Positions 25,785-33,486 of a stretch of 39,147 bases of DNA are shown piece by piece. The first letter of the stretch is position 1. Each line of letters opens with the position of its first letter. Origin of the DNA: Minisyncoccota bacterium. GTDB taxonomy: Bacteria > Patescibacteriota > Minisyncoccia > Phycocordibacterales > SW-6-46-9. Location of the stretch: positions 745,010-784,156 of the forward strand of contig JBBDRP010000002.1 in assembly GCA_040905385.1 (NCBI GenBank), read 5' to 3'. The position numbers and the translations under genes were made by a program. The notes beneath the pieces were generated by a model that saw only the letters and a program-made list of their open reading frames with translations, was not told the origin of the DNA and searched no databases.

Positions 25785-26462
25785 TTATTCTATAGTGAAG
25801 GTTTCCTCGGTTCCGTAGTAATCCTCCCAATTCTCATTATAGTGGGTAAACATTCGCTCCAGACGATCCTGCGACAACTCCTCGAGCTCAAGCTCATCTA
25901 GTAGCTTCCGCAGGAGCTTCTCGGCTTCAGGGACCTCGTCTTCTGACTCGACCTCTTTTTCCAGCTCAGCCAGATAACCGTATCCGGCATTTAGATCAAT
26001 GGTAACAGCCACATCATCACCGAGTGTGTACTCTTCACGCTCACGCGACCATTTCGCCTGGTAAGAGAAGCCAGCTTCCAGGAGCAGGTCATCCAGTTCA
26101 TCAAGACTAAGATCAACCGGCTCCTGGAACTCAATTCGAGAGACGCCATTTTCACTGGTGTCATCCCCAACCGATGCTTTTATTACAACCAGTACCTCAC
26201 CGTCAGCCTCTCGGGTACGAACCGAGTGGTTTTCACCCGTTTCTATAACGTGCTCCAGCTCGACAACAGCTCCTTCTGGAACGTGCGACGCCAGCACCTC
26301 ACGAAGCTCCTTAACTGCCCCCTCATCAGCGGAAAAATAGTGATTAAGCTGGGCGTGTGAGCCATGGTGAGATAATTCACGACCATGCTCTTCGAGACGC
26401 TTCTGTAGCTCCTCGGCATTTTTCTTTGAACCTAGCAGTGACTTTATTTCTACTTCATACAT
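25785..26462 (-). CDS. CYTH-domain (triphosphate tunnel metalloenzyme) protein
   Basis: N-terminal YEVEIKSLL (ExExK motif), ...SVRTRE..., ...VSRIEFQ..., ...YQAKWSREREEY..., ...GYLAELE..., matching the CyaB/ThTPase-like pattern. Acidic C-terminal extension. Confidence 0.7.
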   Translation of the reverse strand: MYEVEIKSLLGSKKNAEELQKRLEEHGRELSHHGSHAQLNHYFSADEGAVKELREVLASHVPEGAVVELEHVIETGENHSVRTREADGEVLVVIKASVGDDTSENGVSRIEFQEPVDLSLDELDDLLLEAGFSYQAKWSREREEYTLGDDVAVTIDLNAGYGYLAELEKEVESEDEVPEAEKLLRKLLDELELEELSQDRLERMFTHYNENWEDYYGTEETFTIE

Positions 26463-26486
26463 GATATATCCAGTATACTAGATGTA

Positions 26487-27005
26487 ATGACAAATTCGAA
26501 TCACATCACAATTTCTGCCATAGCTGCGCTCGGAAACCAGCGGCAGATTGGAAAGGACAACGAACTACTCTGGAATATTCCTGAAGACTTAGAGCGTTTT
26601 AAGGAGCTAACAAGTGGGAAAGCAGTAATTATGGGCCGGAAAACCTGGCAGTCACTGCCAGAATCAGTGCGGCCGCTACCTGACCGAGAAAACATTATTC
26701 TTACCCGAGACGAAGACTTTGATGCACCAGGTGGCATGGTAAAACACAGTCTAGATGATGCGATCAGCTACGCCAAAGCGTGGTCGAGAGACAATATGCA
26801 AGAAGAGGTGTTTATTATCGGCGGTGCAACCATTTACGAGCAAGCGCTACCAGAGACCGATAAGCTATTTCTGACCCTGGTGGATTCTGATGAACCAGGT
26901 GATGCATTTTTTCCCGAGTATGAAAGTGATTTTAATGAAGTGGAGAAAATACCAGCGAATAGCGACGGAATAGACTACGTCTTTGTAAATCTAGAGAGAA
27001 AGTGA
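26487..27005 (+). CDS. folA: Dihydrofolate reductase
   Basis: ISAIAALGNQRQIGKDNELLWNIPEDLERFKELTSGKAVIMGRKTWQSLP...PLPDRENIILTR...IGGATIYEQ. Confidence 0.92.
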   Translation: MTNSNHITISAIAALGNQRQIGKDNELLWNIPEDLERFKELTSGKAVIMGRKTWQSLPESVRPLPDRENIILTRDEDFDAPGGMVKHSLDDAISYAKAWSRDNMQEEVFIIGGATIYEQALPETDKLFLTLVDSDEPGDAFFPEYESDFNEVEKIPANSDGIDYVFVNLERK

Positions 27006-27035
27006 AATCCCTCACCATAGGCATGGCAAGGGATT
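27006..27035. terminator. Bidirectional terminator hairpin
   Basis: AATCCCT-n16-AGGGATT between convergent folA and the 27039-27686 gene. Confidence 0.5.
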
Positions 27036-27038
27036 GGT

Positions 27039-27686
27039 TTAAATATTTATCGTTTTTCTAAGCTGCTCTGGCTCCCAGGCAATTGGATCAGTGGTAAAGC
27101 CGTTTCCTCTAAACGTGAGATTAGGGTTAAGCTCTACGCGACCCTCTACATACTCGCAGCAGGCTTGATTTATATGGCTTGGCCAGAAATTTTCTGTAAA
27201 GCCATTAAGTAAGGTTGCAAGCCGATTAAGGTGAGGGCCTTCGAGGTTCAGCGTATCAACTACTATTTGATCAGCATTTTGCGAATCGTTCATCTGCATT
27301 AGTTGCTGCTGCTCAAGAGCGTAACAGATACAGGTAATACGCTCAATCGCCTCAACAACAAGATTATCCTTACTTGTTGAGGAATTATTTTGGTCAAAGC
27401 AGGTTGTTTTACCAGTGATGTGTTCAGCTATCTGCGTTCTAATATCACGTACATTAAGAAAATTATTATCTTTAAGTACGTCAATAAGCATTGGACCAAC
27501 CACTTGATTAACTGCAGCAAGATACTGAGCAATGGTCTGTGGTCGGTGTAAATAACCACTTTTTCGGTATGGTTCCCAACGTTCCAAAAAATCAGGGTAT
27601 TTTTCGGACTGAACAGGAGTAGGAATGGCTTGCGGACAGGACCGGATTAGCAGGCCCCAGCGTATATGTTTATATAGGACATTCAT
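27039..27686 (-). CDS. Degenerate paralogue of the adjacent HD-domain protein (metal ligands partly lost)
   Basis: Aligns with the 27812-28639 product: ERWEPYRKSGYLHRPQTIAQYL vs GRWEKYRKAGNTRSQSVSQHVT, IAEHITG vs VAVHDIG, and EGPHLNRLATLL vs QGPHLDKLFRWL. The first His is replaced by Tyr and the HD Asp by Ile. Confidence 0.6.
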   Translation of the reverse strand: MNVLYKHIRWGLLIRSCPQAIPTPVQSEKYPDFLERWEPYRKSGYLHRPQTIAQYLAAVNQVVGPMLIDVLKDNNFLNVRDIRTQIAEHITGKTTCFDQNNSSTSKDNLVVEAIERITCICYALEQQQLMQMNDSQNADQIVVDTLNLEGPHLNRLATLLNGFTENFWPSHINQACCEYVEGRVELNPNLTFRGNGFTTDPIAWEPEQLRKTINI

Positions 27687-27765
27687 CTAGACCTCTTTTT
27701 TTTAAGTTGCAAGTTTGTTCTGACTTCCAGAATACAAGAAATGCGCTTTTTGTAAATGAAAAAGT

Positions 27766-27797
27766 TAAAAAGCCCTACCAAGTTAGTTGGCAGAGCT
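27766..27797 (-). terminator. Rho-independent terminator after the HD-domain gene
   Basis: Minus strand reads GCTCTGCCAA-ctaact-TTGGTAGGGC followed by TTTTTAAC. Confidence 0.6.
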
Positions 27798-27811
27798 TTG
27801 ATTAGGATTGA

Positions 27812-28639
27812 TTATTTTTCTGGTGGTGGAGTTTGTGCCGGAAACCAAACCTCTTTTCCATACATACCAGGGTTAGGAAACTCTGCTCCCCGGAGTTCCG
27901 TGAATGCGTACAAACTCTTACGTAGAGATTGCCAGAAACCATCTAGGGTTGAAAGCCATCTAAATAATTTATCAAGATGTGGACCTTGTGAATTTACAAC
28001 TTGAACAAAAATACAGACATTGTTGTGATGTTTGTATTGTTCATACGCATATTGCACATAGCCAAGACGCTCAACAAGTTCAAATAACAGGACTGTTACT
28101 GGTTTCTCTTTCCAGAGCTTTTCCATTATCTTCCTAGCTTCATCAGGAAAATTACTGGGATTACTCCGAGCATACTGTAAAAGATATACTTCGTGAATAT
28201 ACCCAAATTGAGGACCAACTCTTTCCTTTTCCCGTTCGATTTTTTCATCTTCAATAAATCGATCGTAAATAGATAGGAACTTATGATATTCTTTTAAATC
28301 TTTATCATTTGATTTATTCTCATACAGAACATCATTCTCTGAATCCTCATCGAGGTGATATATTTCACCAATATCATGAACAGCGACTGCGTCAGACAAA
28401 AGCTCTCCATCAAACTCTAACTGCCGTTGCCACAAAAGTGGTTTTAAAACTAACAACGTACTAGCAATAGCTGAAGTGACATGTTGAGAAACAGATTGTG
28501 ACCGTGTGTTACCAGCCTTTCGGTACTTTTCCCAACGACCAACTTTATCTTGCTTTTCAATTTCACGAGATACTTCAGATGCCTTTCCCAACAGAACAGC
28601 ATTTTCTACGTACTCTAAATCAAATGGAATTTTTTCCAT
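27812..28639 (-). CDS. HD-domain phosphohydrolase, YfbR-like 5'-deoxynucleotidase family (putative)
   Basis: RWEKYRKAGNTRSQSVSQH...AVAVHDIGEI reproduces the RW...ESVAEH ... HD layout of YfbR-type HD nucleotidases. GGAGG lies 4 nt upstream of the ATG. Confidence 0.6.
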   Translation of the reverse strand: MEKIPFDLEYVENAVLLGKASEVSREIEKQDKVGRWEKYRKAGNTRSQSVSQHVTSAIASTLLVLKPLLWQRQLEFDGELLSDAVAVHDIGEIYHLDEDSENDVLYENKSNDKDLKEYHKFLSIYDRFIEDEKIEREKERVGPQFGYIHEVYLLQYARSNPSNFPDEARKIMEKLWKEKPVTVLLFELVERLGYVQYAYEQYKHHNNVCIFVQVVNSQGPHLDKLFRWLSTLDGFWQSLRKSLYAFTELRGAEFPNPGMYGKEVWFPAQTPPPEK

Positions 28640-28704
28640 TTTAACCTCCGATTTTATTTAAGATTACAATCTACATTCAGAATGCCACAAATACTTAGTT
28701 AATT

Positions 28705-28732
28705 CAATAAAAAACCGCCATAAAGCGGTTTT
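28705..28732 (-). terminator. Rho-independent terminator ending the rplK transcript
   Basis: Minus strand reads AAACCGC-tttatg-GCGGTTTTTTATT. Confidence 0.65.
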
Positions 28733-28820
28733 GAAATCTGATCTATACTCAAAAAGCAACCTTTCACCACAGCTGTTTGAAAGCAAACGAGCTGGGTTCC
28801 GTAAAACAGGCAAGCCTGTA

Positions 28821-28841
28821 TTACTTCACCTCAATACCCAT
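28821..28841 (-). pseudogene. Relic copy of the last 7 codons of rplK (MGIEVK-stop)
   Basis: ATGGGTATTGAGGTGAAGTAA vs the real gene end ATGGGTATTGAAGTAAAATAA. The three differences are all synonymous third positions. Same strand, about 200 nt downstream of the real stop. Confidence 0.55.
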
Positions 28842-29037
28842 AAATCTACTCGCTCGCTTCACTCACTGCGCACAGTTTTCCAACGATCGCTGCCTGACTG
28901 TGCACAACTAATTTATAAATAAGGTTTATCTCTGAGTGAAGTTCACGGCGCGACTGAGGAACGAAACGAGACGCACAAAACAGGTGCGTTGAGTGAGAAC
29001 CGGAAGGAGAAACAAAGAAATTCGCCAGAGATGGGCC

Positions 29038-29457
29038 TTATTTTACTTCAATACCCATTGAACGACACGTTCCCATGATGATTTTATCAGCAGCTTCCAG
29101 GTCATTTGCAGAGAGGTCATCAAACTTCTGCTCGGAGATTTCGCGTACCTGTGCTCTCGTGATTGATCCAGCTACTTCATTAAGAATGTCTGCGGCACCG
29201 CTTTTGATACCAGCCTTCTTAAGGATAAGGCTTGAGGCCGGCGGCGACTTGAACTCTAGCTCAAAGGATCGATCGTCGAATACCGAGATAACTACCGGAA
29301 TAAGATCACCACCCATATCAGCAGTCGCCTCGTTAAATCGAGTTACAAACTCCCCAATATTAACTCCTACCTGACCCAGTGCAGGACCAATCGGCGGTGC
29401 AGGATTAGCCTGCCCGGCCGGAATCTGGAGTTTCATTGTTCGTTCTAACTGAGCCAT
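29038..29457 (-). CDS. rplK: 50S ribosomal protein L11
   Basis: [37 protein letters not shown] is the canonical uL11 N-terminal domain. Confidence 0.95.
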   Translation of the reverse strand: MAQLERTMKLQIPAGQANPAPPIGPALGQVGVNIGEFVTRFNEATADMGGDLIPVVISVFDDRSFELEFKSPPASSLILKKAGIKSGAADILNEVAGSITRAQVREISEQKFDDLSANDLEAADKIIMGTCRSMGIEVK

Positions 29458-29513
29458 AATTTGATTGGTTTAATATTTTTAGGTGAAAATTAAATGTCGG
29501 TCTTTCTTTCGTC

Positions 29514-29570
29514 CTACCCCGTAGCCGGAACGTAGTGACGTGGTACCGGGGTTCGTTCTAGTTGAGCCAT
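29514..29570 (-). other. Upstream mini-ORF duplicating the rplK initiation region (MAQLERT...)
   Basis: AATTATGGCTCAACTAGAACGAAC vs the real start AATTATGGCTCAGTTAGAACGAAC. Translation is MAQLERTPVPRHYVPATG-stop, and the first 7 codons differ from rplK only synonymously. Confidence 0.5.
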
Positions 29571-29667
29571 AATTGAGCATTTAGCTTTTATCTGTTAGCA
29601 AATTAGCTTCTTAATAATATAGAAATAACCACAAAAATCAAGTAATTTAGAGTTTTAATCAAGCTTT

Positions 29668-30234
29668 TTAGAGCCGTTCGACCTGCAAGAAATCAAGCTC
29701 GACCGGTGTTTCGCGACCGAACATATTTACCAATACCTTAACCTTACCGCGTTCGCGGTCGACTTCTGAGACGGTTCCCTCGAGCTCGTCGAATGGACCG
29801 TTGATAACGCGGACTGGGTCACCTTCGGAAAGGTTAATCTCGTGCTCGGCTGAGTCAGATGACATCTGTGCGAACAGCTCATCTACCTCTTCCTGAGCCA
29901 GTGGATCCGGCTGTGAACCTGAACCTACGAAACCAGTCACACGCGGGGTGTTGCGCACGACGTACCAGGAGTCCTCGGTAATTCTCATCTGCACGAGAAC
30001 ATATCCTGGATAGATGCGCTCCTCTTCCTCGACACGCTTGCCACGCTTTACCTTCATCACCTGCTTGGTCGGTACAATCACATCAAAGATGAGATCACTC
30101 ATATCCATAGAATCGATGCGTTGCTTGAGATTACGAGCAACCGAGTCTTCATACCCAGCATAGGTGTGAATCGCATACCAGTTCTTGGTATCCTCGTCAG
30201 CAAGTAGGTCTTGACTATTTTCCTTTTCGGTCAT
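29668..30234 (-). CDS. nusG: Transcription termination/antitermination factor NusG
   Basis: WYAIHTYAGYEDSV (NGN domain) and a C-terminal KOW (GDPVRVINGPFDELEGTVSEVD..GKVKVLVNMFGRETPVEL). Confidence 0.93.
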   Translation of the reverse strand: MTEKENSQDLLADEDTKNWYAIHTYAGYEDSVARNLKQRIDSMDMSDLIFDVIVPTKQVMKVKRGKRVEEEERIYPGYVLVQMRITEDSWYVVRNTPRVTGFVGSGSQPDPLAQEEVDELFAQMSSDSAEHEINLSEGDPVRVINGPFDELEGTVSEVDRERGKVKVLVNMFGRETPVELDFLQVERL

Positions 30235-30243
30235 AAATATTGA

Positions 30244-30423
30244 TTAGAGCACGAAGTTCTCAAGAAGGTATGCAAACAACTGATCAAACGCACCAAGATA
30301 GTACGCGATTGCAACAGAAAGAATAATGACCAGCGCCGTAATGTTCACCGACTGGCGCTGTGTTGGCCACTTCACTTTCTTGAATTCATGATTTACCTCT
30401 TTGAGAAATTTTATTGGTTTCAT
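30244..30423 (-). CDS. secE: Preprotein translocase subunit SecE
   Basis: Hand-translated 59 aa, MKPIKFLKEVNHEFKKVKWPTQRQSVNITALVIILSVAIAYYLGAFDQLFAYLLENFVL, containing the SecE signature (E..KV.WP.r.e) plus one TM helix. Directly upstream of nusG. Not in the ORF track. Confidence 0.85.
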   Translation of the reverse strand: MKPIKFLKEVNHEFKKVKWPTQRQSVNITALVIILSVAIAYYLGAFDQLFAYLLENFVL

Positions 30424-30464
30424 GTGTGTATCTTTAGGTGCTACCTGTTTCTATCTTTAAAAGC

Positions 30465-30490
30465 GCCCTTTCGGGCGCGGAGCGTATAAT
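30465..30490 (-). terminator. Rho-independent terminator after secF
   Basis: Minus strand reads GCGCCC-gaaa-GGGCGC followed by TTTTAAAG. Confidence 0.7.
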
Positions 30491-30530
30491 ACCGCGATTA
30501 CCCTTTATAGTCAAAGAGGAAATTGATTTT

Positions 30531-31547
30531 CTACTCACCTTCCTGCTGCCATTCATGTATCTTAACCAGTAGCGGACTGGCGATGAAAATTGAAGAGTAG
30601 GTACCGGCAATCACTCCGACTAGCAACGTTAGCGAGAACAGCTCGGTAGACTGGCCACCAATGAGGTACAGAGCCGCTAGTACAGTCAGCGTGGTCAGTG
30701 AGGTATTGATTGAGCGAGCGTACGTTTGGGTCAGGCTGATACCAACAGTGTCGGCAAAGGAATCATTCGTGTCCTTCTCGATCACTTCCTGGAGATTCTC
30801 GCGAATGCGGTCGAATACAACAATGGTGTCATTAACCGAGAAACCAAGAATCGCCAAGAGCGCCATCACAAACAGCAGATCAATCTGTGCCCCCATCGTT
30901 ACCCCCAGGATGGCAAAGAGAGCTGTGGGAACAAGGATGTCATGAATCAAGGCAACGATGGCCACCGATCCATACACCCAGGATGAAACTAGCTTGGAAA
31001 CCTTGCGGAATGCAAAGGTCACAAACAGAATAATTCCCAGCACCACTGCAATAATTCCATAAATTGCCGAGCGAGCCAGCTCGCTTCCGACCGTCGGTCC
31101 AATGGATGAAAAGCGATTTTCAACTACACCAGCGGCTGTGGTGGTACTGGTTGTCGCCACTGGCTGAGCAGTAATTGCTGCCGACTCGGTAGACGTCGCC
31201 ACCTCATCACTACTGGTGCTAACCGCTTCACCATCAGTGAGGGCCGCAAAATTCTCCATAATCTGTGTACGTTGATCATCTTCCAGGAATGGAGAGCGGA
31301 TAATGAAACCGTTATCGCCAGTCGTGCGAACCGAGTAGTCGGACACCCCGACCACGGCAATAGCATCCTCGGTAGCCTCGATGGATGGTCGCTGATCCGT
31401 GAAGGTAACCTCAAGAATAGAGCCACCGGTAAAGTCAATCCCCAGCGACAGGCCAAAGTAAGCAATGCAAAATATAGAGGCAGCAATAACCACACCACCA
31501 ATCGAGAGAAATATATTTTTGTACTTGATTACATTCATATTACCCAA
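30531..31547 (-). CDS. secF: Protein translocase subunit SecF
   Basis: GIDFTGGS, VNDTIVVFDRIREN and six TM segments. The T/S/A-rich periplasmic insert is lineage-specific. Confidence 0.9.
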   Translation of the reverse strand: MGNMNVIKYKNIFLSIGGVVIAASIFCIAYFGLSLGIDFTGGSILEVTFTDQRPSIEATEDAIAVVGVSDYSVRTTGDNGFIIRSPFLEDDQRTQIMENFAALTDGEAVSTSSDEVATSTESAAITAQPVATTSTTTAAGVVENRFSSIGPTVGSELARSAIYGIIAVVLGIILFVTFAFRKVSKLVSSWVYGSVAIVALIHDILVPTALFAILGVTMGAQIDLLFVMALLAILGFSVNDTIVVFDRIRENLQEVIEKDTNDSFADTVGISLTQTYARSINTSLTTLTVLAALYLIGGQSTELFSLTLLVGVIAGTYSSIFIASPLLVKIHEWQQEGE

Positions 31548-32940
31548 TGTGCTGGTTAAACTCCTTGCCGGTACGAAGGCCAGGTGCGAATAATGTGTGC
31601 TTTAGACTTGTTCGCTCATCGCCAGCCAGCGCCAGAAGAAAGGTGCGGCTGATGGTGATGGCACTGATCATACTGACCAGCACTCCCAGCCCAAAGGTAA
31701 CAGCAAAACCCTGCGTCAACGTGGTGCCAATGTAGAACAGAATCACGGCGGTGATCAGGCTGGAGATGTTGGCGTCACGAATAGACGGCCAGGCGCGGGA
31801 GAAACCTTCCTCGATAACATCCTGCATTGAGACGTTAGGTTTGCCAAGCTCCTCTTTGACACGTTCGAATATGAGAATATTGGCATCAACCGCCATTCCG
31901 ATAGACAGAATGAATCCGGCAATACCCGCGGCCGTCAGTGTAACCGGAATCAACTTAAAGATAAGCAGCATCAGTAGTATGTAAATCGTCAGGGCGCCCA
32001 CCGCCACCACTCCCGGCAGACGATACCACGCAATTAAGAAGATTGATACAAGAATCAAGCCGACAATACCGGCCTGAATTCCCTTATCCTTAACGGTTTG
32101 ACCTAAAGTAGCCCCAACCGTCTGCTCGGCAACCACCTCGATCGGTACCGGTAAAGCACCAAGATTGAGTCGATCGCGTAGTTCCAACGCTTCATCAGTC
32201 GTAAAATTACCGCTAATTTGAGCGGTTCCACCAGTAATAGCTGTCTGAATAACTGGGCTTGAAATCAAGCGACCATCCAGGAATACGCCGAGTATCTCAC
32301 CAGTGTATTGCGTAGTGATGTTACCAAAAATCTCGGCACCCTCGTCATTAAAATTCAGTAGTACAACCGGCTGATTGGTGGCTCCGTGTCCGCCCCCAAA
32401 CTGAATTTGAGCACTTTCCACAAAACGACCGGTAAGCGGTGGATCGGTGGACTCATAGTTGTCGGCCTCGGATGCTGTGGCTGAGCTGGTGCTCGTGGTT
32501 CCGTTTTCAAAAAGACTGTCAACAGTATTCGGTGCTGTATTTGTGTTGCCGGTGCGTAACTTAAACTCCAGAAGTGGCGCCTCTCCGATCATCTTCTTGG
32601 CCTCATCCACATCCTGTACACCCGGAAGCTCGACGATTAATCGATGACGCGTTTCGCCAGAGATTGAGGTCTCCTCAACCTGCACGAGCGGCTCGGATAC
32701 CCCAAGCGCATTGACACGTTGCTCGATATTGTCTCGCAGCGTATTCATGGCTGGATCAATCTGCGTTTCATCCAGCTCAGAAACATCGGCTTCATAAACC
32801 AAATGTGCCCCACCAGAAAGATCCAGACCATACTTCAGTGCATACTCTGAATCAGGATTTATTTCGGTGTTGTAGGCAAAAAGACCGAGGAAAATCCCGG
32901 CCAAGAGAATTAGTACAGCTGTGATCCGAGTCTTCGTCAC
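31540..32940 (-). CDS. secD: Protein translocase subunit SecD
   Basis: GLDLSGGAHLVYEAD, SIGMAVDANILIFERVKEE and a C-terminal 6-TM bundle. GTG start. Overlaps secF by 8 nt. Confidence 0.9.
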   Translation of the reverse strand: MTKTRITAVLILLAGIFLGLFAYNTEINPDSEYALKYGLDLSGGAHLVYEADVSELDETQIDPAMNTLRDNIEQRVNALGVSEPLVQVEETSISGETRHRLIVELPGVQDVDEAKKMIGEAPLLEFKLRTGNTNTAPNTVDSLFENGTTSTSSATASEADNYESTDPPLTGRFVESAQIQFGGGHGATNQPVVLLNFNDEGAEIFGNITTQYTGEILGVFLDGRLISSPVIQTAITGGTAQISGNFTTDEALELRDRLNLGALPVPIEVVAEQTVGATLGQTVKDKGIQAGIVGLILVSIFLIAWYRLPGVVAVGALTIYILLMLLIFKLIPVTLTAAGIAGFILSIGMAVDANILIFERVKEELGKPNVSMQDVIEEGFSRAWPSIRDANISSLITAVILFYIGTTLTQGFAVTFGLGVLVSMISAITISRTFLLALAGDERTSLKHTLFAPGLRTGKEFNQHIG

Positions 32941-32974
32941 TCTTTATAGCTTAGCAAACAGACCAACATTTTAC

Positions 32975-33016
32975 AATTAATGTCCGGGGATTGAATGCGA
33001 TTCTCCTGGACCAAGT
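32975..33016 (+). repeat. Structured repeat element, partial copy (3' half)
   Basis: AATTAATGTCCG, then a hairpin (GGGAttGAAT-gcg-ATTCTCCT), then TGGACCAAGT. Same block order as the 3' half of 33115-33213 and 691-786, with a third, different stem sequence. Confidence 0.55.
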
Positions 33017-33114
33017 GCGCATGTATAAAGCCTATCGCCACGTCTGACGTGGTGATAGGCGGCTTTCTGTGTCTATATTTCTTATCTATCGAAAAACCAC
33101 TTCTCGCCTTCGAC

Positions 33115-33213
33115 TTGAATGAGTACCGGATAACTTTTACGGGCTTTGCTCGTAAAAGTACCGTCGTGTGAATTTATGTCCGAATTTTGCATGTCAAAAT
33201 TCCTGGACCAAGT
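33115..33213 (+). repeat. Structured repeat element, full copy 2 (candidate ncRNA)
   Basis: 99 nt collinear with the minus strand of 691-786. Conserved single-stranded blocks with compensatory stem changes. Confidence 0.7.
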
Positions 33214-33486
33214 TGCTACTAGAGTTTCGTACTGGCACTTTCCGCCATAGATAGACCAATAACAAAAATGGCCGTTCATTTTCCCGAAGCTAACCCCGAG
33301 AGTACTTCCTTGTCAGAAAGCTTACCTACAGCACAAGCACCTTTGGAGACAAGACTGGTGCCCTGGAGGACAGGGTGCCAGTCGACTTACTGATGTATAA
33401 TCTCTTATCTATCGAAACATTAATTAATCCAACGACTCAAGTCGGCACGGATATTGGTGAATTAAAATACTTTGTAGATTCTTTTT

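Noticed and set aside
28990-29010. An SRP (4.5S) RNA-like CC-GGAA-GG tetraloop within the hairpin after rplK.
   Set aside because: The conserved SRP domain IV flanks (GGAAGCAGCC / symmetric loop) are absent. Only the tetraloop matches.
33082-33279. 65-aa minus-strand ORF (MNGHFCYWS...) in the secD upstream gap, with apparent duplicated peptide fragments nearby.
   Set aside because: The duplicated fragments are the conserved CCTGGACCAAGT and CTTATCTATCGAAA nucleotide blocks read in antisense. The ORF is overlapped by the structured repeat on the other strand and has no convincing SD sequence.
33385-33420. A hammerhead-like CUGAUG ... CGAAAC string on the plus strand.
   Set aside because: The intervening sequence cannot form stem II, the CUGAUGA box is imperfect (CUGAUGU), and no stem I/III partners are evident.
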